Positions 53,361 to 64,000 of a stretch of DNA of 64,000 nucleotides are shown here, one piece after another. The translations under genes and the position numbers were made by a program. The notes below the pieces were generated by a model. The model was given only the letters and a program-made list of their open reading frames with translations. It made no database searches and was not told where the DNA came from. The stretch is from Moniliella sp. 'wahieum'. Its lineage: Eukaryota. The DNA lies in assembly GCA_003971905.1 (NCBI GenBank), contig RSEE01000115.1:62001-126000 (forward strand). The letters are read 5' to 3'. Every line of letters starts with the position of its first letter. Within the stretch, counting starts at the first letter, position 1.

Positions 53361-54687
53361 CCCTGGCAATGCATGTTTTGAAAAGTAATCTACGATATCT
53401 GATAGATAGATGGGGGATATCTGATGGATAGATGGGGGATACCTGGTGGATAGCTGGTGGTAACCTGGGAGCAATCTGCCGGGCAGATTGTCTCGGCCTT
53501 GCGACGATCTTGCCGCCAGCGTCCCTTGTCGCGAGATTGTGGCAACAGTGGTGATAGTCTGGCGAAAACAAGAGTTTATCTTGCGGCAAGGTCCGGATAA
53601 CCTTGTAACCGGAAATTTCGATTAGCTATCGGCGTTCCTCCGTGTTCACACGCGCTTCCTAGGGTATACGGGACCGGATGGCGTGAGCCGGAGGGTCCTG
53701 ATATCCTGGCGATCCCCTGGTTCCTTGACCCTGGTGCGCCCCCAAGTAACCCCCGCAAGATGAACGGTTAGGTTTAGACGTAGCGTTCCCCCTGTCCCAG
53801 CCTTAAGCTCTGTCAATGAAATGGACGTGATCTAAGACGCAGTAGTATGAAATAGGTGTGTCATGCATCATGTGTCCGATGTGCTGTGGCACCGAGACAG
53901 TAGAAGGGGAGCTTATGATGTTGAGCCACCGGCTTGCTCGGACTTTGGCCAAAACGTCCCTTCAGTTCCTCCTCAGACCTAGGAGTTCCGATGTCTTCTC
54001 TCTCGTCCTGAGGCCTGAGACCTGTTTTCCTTGTTTCGCAGCTTTTAGCCCCTGGTCCGACTGGCTACTTGATGTTTACGTTCCTCTGTAGCATGTAGAC
54101 GTTGCTGGTTGGCTTAGACCACCACTACCACCGCTAGTGCGATTGTATCACCCTCGAGGACGATCCAGACTCCAGGTCTCAGATCTCATCATATACATTT
54201 CCGGGTGTGGGCCTGAAGCTTGAAGGGTGTTGCTGTGCCGTGACCGGTGACCCGCCTGACCACCTGGCCACAAGCCAGATGGCCCCTACGGAGTACTGGC
54301 AGAACGAGCCAGGGGGCTAAGCGCTAATATCGAACGCGAACATGGAGAGTGATAGAAGTATCGAAGTATCGAGTGGACGCGGTGTTGGACGTGGAGAGAA
54401 GACAAGAGGAAAAGCGAACATAGGAGCTCAAAGGGAAGGGAAAGCGCAGGCGCAAGCAACTACAGGGCACTGGCTCAGTGCCAGTAGTTCCGGCATTCGC
54501 ACAGGGTCAGTGTAGGACAGCCTGTAGATGTCACATGCCACATGTCACAGGCCACCTCTGTGGTGCAACGTGGCACTCGACCTACTCCGCCGTCGCCTTC
54601 CTCAGGCCTCACAAGAGCCCGCCCGTAGATTTTTAATCCGGGGGCGCACTCGATAACAAAGTGTTGCCACCATCTTGTCCTTGCCGC

Positions 54688-56992
54688 ATGCCGAGTCCTC
54701 TGCCGTTCGAAATTGTCTTCCAGGTCGCCACCACCGGGGTGCTCGACCCGCGCGACCTGGTCCACATGTCGCGGTGCAGCAAAGGTACGTCTGTCTCCCT
54801 TGACAAGAAGGACTTGAAACCCATGCCCTGGTTCCGTTTCTGACCGTGCTGCGGAGGGCAGCGTGGCACGCCACCTTGGACGGGGAGGTGATGTGGCATC
54901 GACTTGCGGTAAAGTTGCTCCATCTCCCTTCACTTCGAATGGAGCTGTCGGATGCCGCTGTGCATGTTGGATTCGATACGCCCATTCCCCGCACATGGAA
55001 GGGGCTAGTGGTCGCAGCCGAGTTGCTGGAGGAAGAATTTGATTGGACGCTGACTGGTCGTCCGATTTGGCGTACAAGCCCTGAGCAAGATGGTTCTGCT
55101 TCTGCTTCTGCTTCTGCTTCTGCTTCTACTTCTGCTTCCCATGGGGTAGCCGACACGGAGGCGATGCTTGTAACTGAAGAGACAGTCAAGCAACTGCCAA
55201 AGGTTGACCCTCTTTCTTTGCCCTGTACCCAATTCGGTGCGATGCTAGCGTGCATTGAAATGGAAGAATCTTACCAAGGCGATCGTATGAATCCCACTTT
55301 AGAGGATCGAATTTGTCCAACTGGGGATGAGGAGGAGGAGGAGGCCATTTCTCAGTACCGGCCCAAACAACCCGACGTCCACTTATGCGGAGAAGCATGG
55401 CCACGAAAAGGATTGTTTGTCGGGCGCTGGGCATCAGGTTCGTCCCTTTTCCTCCCTTGTGCATATGCACATATGTATACGACTCTGACGATCCATGATC
55501 CCGGTCACACCAGATTCGAATTATCAGGGTGACCGATGGCTTGTGTATACATTGCATCAATGCCAAGAGAATCCTTATAAGCCCTCAAATGGCCGTATCG
55601 ACGACACTGCCTATCGCACAGTGGCCGTACCTATTGCGCAGGGTTCATTTGTGTATTGCCGAGAAACATGGGAACATGCGTACATCCTGTGCGTATAGGG
55701 GTTGCCTCAACTGGTGTAGGGTAATGATTGTACTGACGCTCCCCCTTTCCTTGCAGCCATTTACCGTTGGATCCTCTGCCACACCAAGACAATTTGGCGA
55801 AGTTGCAGACGGTCAACTGGGATACAGCTACAGTTGGAGAACCGTTTGAACTCAAGATCCCCAGCACGTGTCCCAATTCGTTCTACGTCGATGGACCATG
55901 GATTTATCTATGGACGTGCGATTATTCTAATCGCCAAGACGTGTGGCAGGTGCACAACCGATTCTCCGGCCCTAAGTGTCTCTACTCGCTCGAGGATCTT
56001 TTGGCTCTGCAGAGCGGCAGTAACCCCAACGTGCCTGTCACCCACTTCTGGCTGGATGGAACCTTCTTGCCCGAGAGCACTACTCATCTTGCGCACTATA
56101 AGCCCGATCAAGAGCAACCGCACGATCTCTTCTTTATCTCCTTTACGGCCTGCCCAGACTCGGAAAGCTGGGCTTTTCTCTTGGGCGAGAAGACCAGGGA
56201 GTCGGAGGAGGGCTTAGACCCATGCCGGACTCGTCTGGTCGTCGTGAAGAATTTCAAAGGGCTTTTTGCTTCGCATCAGCCGACGGCATCCCCTGGGTTT
56301 TCACCGTGGACGTGGACTATCTCATCGAGTCAAGCCACCACTACTACCACCGTGAGTATGTGACCAATGATCCTAATCGGACGCTGTGCAGATTTGTGGC
56401 ACCGGTTCGGCACCCTGCCTTGGCCGATGGTCGAGCCTTCCTTCCCTCGACCGCCTCAAGCTGGAGATACACCGTGGATAAAACGGGGCATGTGAGGTAC
56501 AGACTAATCACTCGGTTCATGGTGGACCATGCTCATATGATTAAAAACGGGTGTCTTCAGATCAATCTGCTGGACTGGAAGCACGCTCGCTCCGCGTCCG
56601 ACGTACGCGTCTTGGCTTCTTTTCCTCTCCGTCCCATCCGCCTCGACCAAGACTGCCCAGCCCGGTTGGTGGGGAAGGACCTTCGCGTGCCTGGTCCATT
56701 AAATTCCCCAACCAGTACGATGCTCAACATCTTGCCCGGCGCCCTTGCGATGGGCTCATCGCTCTTATCCACCACGGGGCTGCTGGTCTTCCTCGATTCC
56801 CAATGGGACGACTTGCTCCACAGTGTTACTACAAACCTTCGCTTCTCGTATGTCCCTTCTGGCTTTTCCGACCCCTCAGAGAACATTGAAAAGTATGCCG
56901 AGGAACTGGGTGAGGAATGGGAAGCCCGGTTATCCATGGCCTTCGCGTGGGATTGGAGCCGACGCGCGCGCGATTGGTTGAAGGACCACTGA
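54688..56992 (+). CDS. F-box protein, copy B (multi-exon, indels)
   Basis: Same F-box exon, intron 54785-54861 (..RCSK/AWHATLDGEVMWHRLAVK), same downstream exons; ends WLKDH*. Confidence 0.75.
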
Positions 56993-57663
56993 AGGTCGTC
57001 GCGTCAGCTGCCGTATGGACGGTCTGGAGGGGCGACATACCAAAATCGATGATTATTATAGAAACGTGGAGGCTGGTCCAACAGGGACTAAGAGCTGATA
57101 GGCGTTGTGCTTCTCTCCGAACGTAGAGCTCTGAATGTTACAGCAGAAGAAGAGTACTCTTGAGACTGTCACCATGTTACTGGCGAAGACAGACTAGGAC
57201 GCTCGGCTGGTAGTACTGCACGCAAGCTGCGGCTAGTGCGATTGCATCACCCTCGAGGGCCATCCGTCCTCCAGGTGTAACTGTTAGAGAGTACTGCTAG
57301 GATTCTCCTGCACGGCCCTCAATGGATCGGGGATGCTCGCCTAGCTGAGCGGAAGCGTTCCGCTCGCATGCGCACGCCCTGCTCGCTCCATCTCCCTTCT
57401 CTCTTTCCTTTAGTTCTCCTTCCCTTCAGACATTGCTTTTGAAGACTTGTGGCTCACCACTTTGCCTTCACACGCCTTGTCTGAAGGTACGCCTCTGCTT
57501 CCTTTCTTGACCTGTTGCTCCTCACAATGAGACGTTGCTTGAAGAATGTGGCTCACCACTTTGACTTCACGCCTTTTGGCTGAAGGCTGCTTTGCAGCTG
57601 ATCCATAGGATCGCGAGTGCTCCCAAGTCGCACTTTAGCAGTAACATGTACTTACTGTTGCCA

Positions 57664-59695
57664 ATGGCGACGGCTTTTATTTTTCCGGTGTATAGATCGC
57701 CACACAGACAACGCGAGAGAGATTTCAACTTTCAAGCCAAGCACCGGGGGGAAGGCACGTGCGCTTACGTACTCGGCTGGATTCCGCCGCGTGTTTCAGC
57801 TGGTCTTCCTGCTTTTTGGCTGCCCAGCCCCCCCGCACGGCCAGCCGGGCGCGCCGCCACCATCCTCTCCGCTCTCCTCGTCGGCCATGCGGGCGGCGCA
57901 ATGCTTGCGCGCACGCATCCCCTCCCGCCTCGTGGACACGGGGTACATTAAACAGTCCTTTCTCTCCGTCCCGCAAAAACTACAGCTCGCCTACCCCGGC
58001 CGCGCTCCCGACGCCGACCGCGTCCTGGCCCAGGCCGAGCAGCGCTTCGAACACAGCTTGTCAATGCAGGTCCTGGCCGCGCCAATGGAAAAGGACATCT
58101 TGTCGGGATTGACTGCCCCTCGTTCTCTCCATCTTCCGCTCACATTTTTGGCCGTGTCGAAGCGTCTCGAGCCGCCTGTGGCGGCGACAGCGGCGGCGCA
58201 GCAGCGATTGCGAGAAAGCAGAGAGGGATGAAGTGGATGAGGAGCAGGAGTCGGACGACGCGGAAAAAGGGGATGAGGATGCATCCTCTCCGGCCGTTGG
58301 GATGCCGATCAACCTGACCCCTTTAATCCCATGATTTTAGGGGAGAACAAGAGGGCCCGAAAGCTCAAGGCCGCAGCTGCTGCCGCTGCGCTGGCAGTCC
58401 AAAACCCTGATAAGCCATGGAAGGCACCTGAACCCGTACTCAAAGAACGAGCTAAGAGAGAGAAGTGCTGGAGAATGGAGAACGACGCTTCCTCACTGAC
58501 CCCCTCGAAACACGCCGGTTGCGTTTGTCGCGTGCACGCAGGACCGTGGTCCAAGCTACGCATGCGGCCCGTGAGGCTCGGGCTTGGACTGTGTCGTACG
58601 AAGTCCTCCTCGTCCCTCAACTCTCCTTTGCTGCTGCTGCCCCTAGGGAGGAGCTCGATGCCTGGCCGCCCCCACTACATCCTGACATGTACTTCCCCCA
58701 TACCAAGCGGGATTGGATTTTCCTTCACCCCGCATTTGTTGGTGCGATTCTTGACACCAGTACGCTCCTCTCCGTTTTCGTTTCTTTAGTCCGGTCAGCA
58801 TGGTACTGACACACTTCCCCACCCTCTTCTCCCTTTTTTGTCTTTCTCCAGAGGCGACCTTCAGTGGCGCCCTACTTGCCTACAATATATCCCCCGGGCA
58901 GGAAGGTTCCGACCGCAATGCGCCGAAACATGTCAAATCGTCGATCGGGCTGCACATTTCGACCCTGGAGCGCTGGACACGCGGCACGCCCTTGGGTCCC
59001 ACCCAGCCCATGGTTGGCGAAGAAGACCCATGGATGGACCGACCGCTACGTCTGCCCGTGTGTGCGATCGCAGCCGAAGCACCGGAAAGCGCCATCCGGG
59101 AAAAAATCACGTTCCACATCCCGTTCAACCTGACACACCTGTGCCATGCGTCGTTGCAAGCCGAGGTCTTGGTAGCTGCCGGTTGGACGGCGGCGCAAGT
59201 GTTTGCCCTCTTCCCGCTGTTGGCACCGAAGGACCCAGCAGCCCTGTCCCCTGCTTCGGAGGAAGAAACCGACCCAGATGCCCAGCCCTCCGGCTCGCGC
59301 GCATCCGCGAAAGCGCCGACATGGATGGCGAGGCGCCCCCAGCCGACCTGGTTGGTAGCGACCGCGTCGCTGCAGCCTCAGCGGGATTTGCCCCTGAGCA
59401 CCTGGACGAACTGCGCCAGTTGCTCGATACATCCGGTATCCTACCTGACGGACCTGAATCCAAAGGCCAGGGCTTCTCTCCGGCCGTGCTGGCGGCCATC
59501 CGGGACCGTGCGGCTGCCCTCGTGGCGGCGCACGACCGACAGGACCCGCCCGCGCCCGCGCCGGCTGAGGACCAAGCTAACCCCATCCTCCTCCGCCGCC
59601 TGCCGCGGACAGAATCGGTGGCGGTTCATCTGTGGCGTCTGATGGTGTGGCGCCACCAGCCGTTTGAGGCGGAGGGGTCGTTGCTCGACTACTGA
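57664..59695 (+). CDS. Hypothetical protein (frameshifted, probable intron about 58760-58851)
   Basis: Chain of overlapping plus-strand protein-like ORFs (57617..58231, 58331.., 58465.., 58800.., 58838..59695). No family recognised. Confidence 0.4.
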
Positions 59696-59941
59696 TTAAT
59701 GATGGGCATGGTTAAGAGTTATGATCTAAGATCGCATGAGAGGCTCGGTGGGTGAGGTGGGGAGGTGGGGAGGTAGGAAAGTAGTTGTAGTGTGCGTTGC
59801 ACGTGACCACGTGATCTGCAATGGTTGATGGGGGGGTCACAGGTCACGTGCCCCCACCGAGCACGCGTAGCCAAGCAGACCCAGTCCAACCTCCACCTCC
59901 ACCCGCCGGTTGCCTCCGCCGCCACCACCACCACCACCACC

Positions 59942-61533
59942 ATGTCTCCCGCCGCGCCCATCGGCACGCCCGCCACGCCTGCGCGCGCCATGCGCTCCCG
60001 GATGCAGCGCCGCTCCTCCCTCCTCCCCTCGGCCGTGCCAGGCTCCCAGCGCAGGGCGCCCAGCCCCATCAAACCCCGCATCCTCTTCCCCCACCGTCCC
60101 CGCTCCTCTCTCGGCGGCGCCGCCCAGTCCCAGCGCCGATCCCGCGGCCGCACAAGCGGCCTGATCGCCACCCCTCTTCCACCTGCACTCGAGACGCTTG
60201 ACGACACGGACGAGCAGGCGTGGTGGCACGACTTGGGCGAGGTGGAGCCCAGCTCGGATCTGGTTCGGCGCCTCGTCCAGGCTCTGGAGGAGCAGAAACA
60301 GGCCCATGCGGCCCAGCGCGCCAACGCGGTACAGGTACGTCTTTGTGTTTCCGGAGTGGGGGGATTAATTGGAGGGGTAGTGGTAGTGGGAGTCGGGACT
60401 GTGATTGTGACTGTGCGCGAGAAACTGACGCTGTTTGGTTCAGCTGATCCAGGAGCAGCAGCAGGCGTTCCAAGCCAACATGCAGCAAACCACTCGCCTG
60501 CACCAACTGCAGCTGCAAGAAGAAAAGCGCAGGAACCAAGAAGCACTCGATGTGGCCGAGGACGAGTTTTCGAACCAAGAACGTATCTTGGCCGCTACAC
60601 AAAAGGACAATGAACGTTTGATGATCCAGATTGGGTTGCTGCAGTCGTCCCTGGACGATTGCGTGTACGCCTTGGCTGAAGCGTATGGCGCGAATGAATG
60701 GCAGTCCGTCTTGGAACAGGCCGCTGCCGAGCGCGCTGGCAAGACGGACTATTCGAAACACCCTCGTCTCTCCTTTGGCTCTTCCGCCCGGCTGAACCCC
60801 TCCACCGATCCCTCCAAGCTCGCTCTTTTGCCCTTCACAATAACTTACCCCTGTCCCATCCGACCAGCGGTCTTCCCCTCCTTCCAGCACCTTCACAACG
60901 TCAGCAACCCACGTACGTCCCAAGGGCCCACCCCCAGTGCCGCACCAGGGGGGCCCACGCCCTGGTCCGTCCCACACCAGGACCCGGACCCAGAAGAGGA
61001 TGAATCCGAAGTCAGCCTCTTACTTCAACCCACCTCGCACCTCGCCTCCCAAGACACCTCCCTCGCTCTCGATTCGTACAGTGGCGAAACCGATTCGACC
61101 GGTCACCTTGGTCCTGCCACTTTGGATGTACCCATGCGCACGCCAAATCGCGTGGGTGAGTAACATGACCGCCGTCACTGCCCTTACCCCACACGAGTAC
61201 TCGTCCCAGATGGACGCCTCGTTTGCCACACCTGGCGGCGGGGACGAGGAGCTGGAAGGTCGCGATGAATCGGTCTTGGTCCCTGACGCGACCCAAGAGG
61301 AGGAACAAGTCGATGGGCACAGTGAGCAGAATGAGCAGAATGAGCAAGAACACGACCCGCATCGTCTGAAGCTCGAGGCGGTACGACTGGCCTTGTTGGG
61401 CATGCAACGTGACCTTGCGCTGGACGTGTACTCGCGCCACGAATACGCTCGTAAGGCCGACGAGAAGATCTCCACGTTGGAAGAGTTGGTGGCGAGCATG
61501 GCCCGCGGACATGGAATTCTCTCCCGGCTCTGA
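59942..61533 (+). CDS. Hypothetical coiled-coil protein
   Basis: MSPAAPIGTP.., intron GTACGT..CTGAC..CAG at about 60335-60443, then heptad-rich LIQEQQQAFQANMQQ..LQSSLDD and a C-terminal coiled coil KADEKISTLEELV. Confidence 0.6.
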
Positions 61534-62076
61534 GAGCGTAGCGCAAAGTCCAGCAGCTGTCTTAGTTCCTTCCCTTGGGCCCTCCCCTGGTACTGAATAC
61601 TGAAATCGAATGTGTGAGCGTCATATCCGTCAGATAGGCATATAGGTGTTGAACTTCAACGTTGAGCACGGTGAACTCCCAGTCGGTGCACCTCCTCTCA
61701 CTTTGTTGCGGACGGAGCGTGGCCGCACGGCCTCTCACTGAGCGACTCGGGCGATCGCGACGATCAGGGCGGGTTTGTGTGTTTCCTCCTTTCAGGGAGA
61801 ACAACCGCACCTCTGACCGAACCAACCAACTCTCATGCCCCACGAACCGAGAGGGGCGCACAAAACAACTGACGCTTGAGTTCGGTGGGCTCGATCATCG
61901 ATTATCGATTATCGATTCTCGGACGCGGGGCCGATCGAGTGACTAGTGACGCGCGGAACCGGAACGGCACGGTGATTTTTTAAGTCTCTGTCCCACCACC
62001 GACTGCTGGACGCCCCATCCACGTAACCCACGTACCCGCCGTACACAACCGTACCCCACCGTACCCTCCACCCTCC

Positions 62077-63531
62077 ATGCCCACTCCGCCTGCTTGCACC
62101 ATGGTAGCGCCCAGTGGGACCTACGCTGCCATCGTCTTCCCGTGGTACTTGCCAAGAGCGCTGTGCGGGCACTGCTGCCTTCCTGGCTGTGCGACGGGTG
62201 CGAAGGTGAGCCTTTGCAGCCGATCCGTCGGACGTATGGACGGCACTTGGTGTGCCCCCTGCTACCGCTCACGACGCTCATCTGCTTCTCGTCCAGCTCG
62301 GATGGCAAGCCGGCACAGGATCGGCCCCCGCGCGTTCGGCTTCCACTTCATGAGTTTAAATCGACGTACCCTACGTCGCTCATCCCCAATGGACTTCCTT
62401 GGTCTACTCGCATTCCTCCCCCGACCTCGATCCGGACCTCAACCCGGACCTGGGGGTACACGTACCCCCCCCCGTAACTCGTCCTGCCCACCATTCACTT
62501 CAAGCTGGCCATTGGGTTTGACCGAGACTGCTTCACCTCGCCGGGTTTATCGCCCCGGGCCCCGAACGGTGCTTGTACGCCGGCGCGGGAATGCTACACG
62601 CTCTCAAACGCGCACTTTACCTCTCCCGTTCACCCACCAGCGTCGTCGAGGCAGAGCATGGCACACGTCCTGCGACACCTGCAGGCGCAGGTACAGATGC
62701 AGGTGCAGGTACGGATACGAGTGCGGATCCATCTTCCCCTACCGCATCCACGTCGTACACACAAGGTGTCTACCCACATACTTCCCCTTCGCTCGCTGCT
62801 ACCCGCCCCACGCGCCATCTATCTCCTATACCGCACCCCAGTGCGTAGCCGTCAAGTTCACCTGCGTCCCCCCGCCCACCACAGTAGATACGGCTGGTAC
62901 GGGGTGCCACGACAGGTACGGGTACTGCGGCTACTACGGCTAGTGGTGCTGGTGCTGGGTGCGGCTGGTCGCTCTACCGACGCGGGTGGGGCGGCAGTGC
63001 AGCACTTATTGGCGCTGCCGTGGTTTGGCGCGTGGACAGGCACCAAGTTGGTTGAGGTACGTATTACGTTCCCCCCGTCCCGTACTGTCTCACGCCGTGC
63101 CGTACCGTAGGCTGCAAGGCGTAGGCCTCAGGCGGTCGGGGTGTATGAGAGCCAGGGGGCGAACGGGCAACGTGAAGATTGACTAGTGACCCTTTTCTCG
63201 GTTTTGGGCATTGGTTTGCTGTTTTTTCTGTGGGGGGGCGCATGGTACACGGTACATGGTACGTTGCTTGCTGCATGGGATACCTATATCATCTCGCGAA
63301 ATAGTTTGCATTTGACTTTGCTCCTCCCTCGTGCTCCTCTGCGGCATCCTCCGCGACATCCACCTCACTCTCACCAGCCAACACGCCTTGCCCGTCGAGA
63401 CCTACCAAGTCGCGTCCGGGACGCTGTACCCGCGCTTTTTGGGCTCCCCCACGTCGGTCGCCGCGGCGGCAACCGCGCTGCTGCTGCTGCGGCTGCTGCT
63501 CACGATGGTACACGGGATGTACCCACGATAG
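62077..63531 (+). CDS. Hypothetical membrane protein
   Basis: Hydrophobic pieces (RLLRLVVLVLGAAG, TLFSVLGIGLLFFLWGG, TALLLLRLLLT) with a GTACGT donor at about 63057. Gene structure is uncertain. Confidence 0.3.
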
Positions 63532-63746
63532 TACGCCGGATGGTACGCCGGATGATACGCCGGATGGTATGCGCTGGGGTGTGCGGGCGCGCGAACTGGA
63601 GTGGGCCTCGTTCGATGCGCATAGCGGAGTTCGCGTGCCAGCAGATACCCCGGCCTGGCGGTTTACCGCGCGGTTCCAGGGCCGCGAACGCGCGTTGAGC
63701 ACGTACCGCTCCTGAAACTTCAAGGGACAGTAGGTGTGCATGAGGA

Positions 63747-63828
63747 CGTGTGTATGTGTGTGCGTGTGTGCGTGTGTGCGTGTGTGCGTGTGTGCGTGTG
63801 CGTGTGTGCGTGTGTGCGTGTGTGTGTG
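63747..63828. repeat. (GT/GC)n compound microsatellite
   Basis: GTGTGTGCGTGTGTGC.. run. Confidence 0.9.
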
Positions 63829-63966
63829 CATGTGTAGGCCCGTGTGTGGGTACATGTGCGTGGGTGAGGGAGAGAGGTAGCTAGCTCAAGATGCATTGTT
63901 ACGTCTGGAGGTGGGGGTGGGGGGATACCACCGCGTGTTTTTTTGGGGGGAGGAGCAAGGGAGGAA

Positions 63967-64000
63967 AGGAGAGGAGAGGAGAGGAGAGGAGAGGAGAGGA
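63967..64000. repeat. (GGAGA)n microsatellite running to the window edge
   Basis: Perfect pentamer run. Confidence 0.9.

Larger units (their letters stand above)
49946..53634. mobile_element. Putative non-autonomous TIR DNA transposon (~3.7 kb) with cargo
   Basis: Perfect 18-bp inverted repeat CGCCGATAGCTAATCGAA (49946-49963 / 53617-53634) extending imperfectly inward; subterminal regions rich in CTTGC/GCAAG/CTCGC motifs. No transposase or TSD recognised. Confidence 0.62.

Noticed and set aside
57434..57590. ~50-bp direct repeat (GAAGA.TGTGGCTCACCACTTTG..CTGAAGG) after the last 42-bp motif
   Set aside because: Only two imperfect copies; not enough to call an array or LTR.

Overview
GC-rich, intron-containing fungal DNA. 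Splice signals (GTACGT/GTGCGT/GTAAGT...CTRAC...YAG) and gene content point to a basidiomycete, probably Ustilaginomycotina-like (inference). Single-base indels break even essential genes (RPS4, RPL17, RPS21, CDC14), so the assembly looks like unpolished long-read sequence and most gene ends are approximate. Core genes: CDC14 (5' part), a fungal Fe(II)/2OG dioxygenase-like gene, RPS21, a single-pass TM protein, SET9, RPS4, a CFIm68-like RRM protein, the head-to-head RPL25/RPL17 pair, an MBOAT acyltransferase, a GH16 glucanase, an alpha/beta hydrolase, and intron-containing tRNA-Ile(AAT) and tRNA-Gly(CCC). Two accessory blocks stand out. (1) 6.3-13.4 kb: a 4-copy tandem array of a small, unrecognised single-pass membrane protein ending in a PPxY/LPxY motif. 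(2) 37-57 kb: three paralogues of an unrecognised F-box gene family (two full, one 5'-truncated), an intact gag-only copia-like ORF and a 3.7 kb TIR element with cargo. Four copies of a length-invariant 42-bp motif mark segment junctions in this second block. A decayed KGD1 pseudogene fragment lies at about 29.6-30.6 kb.
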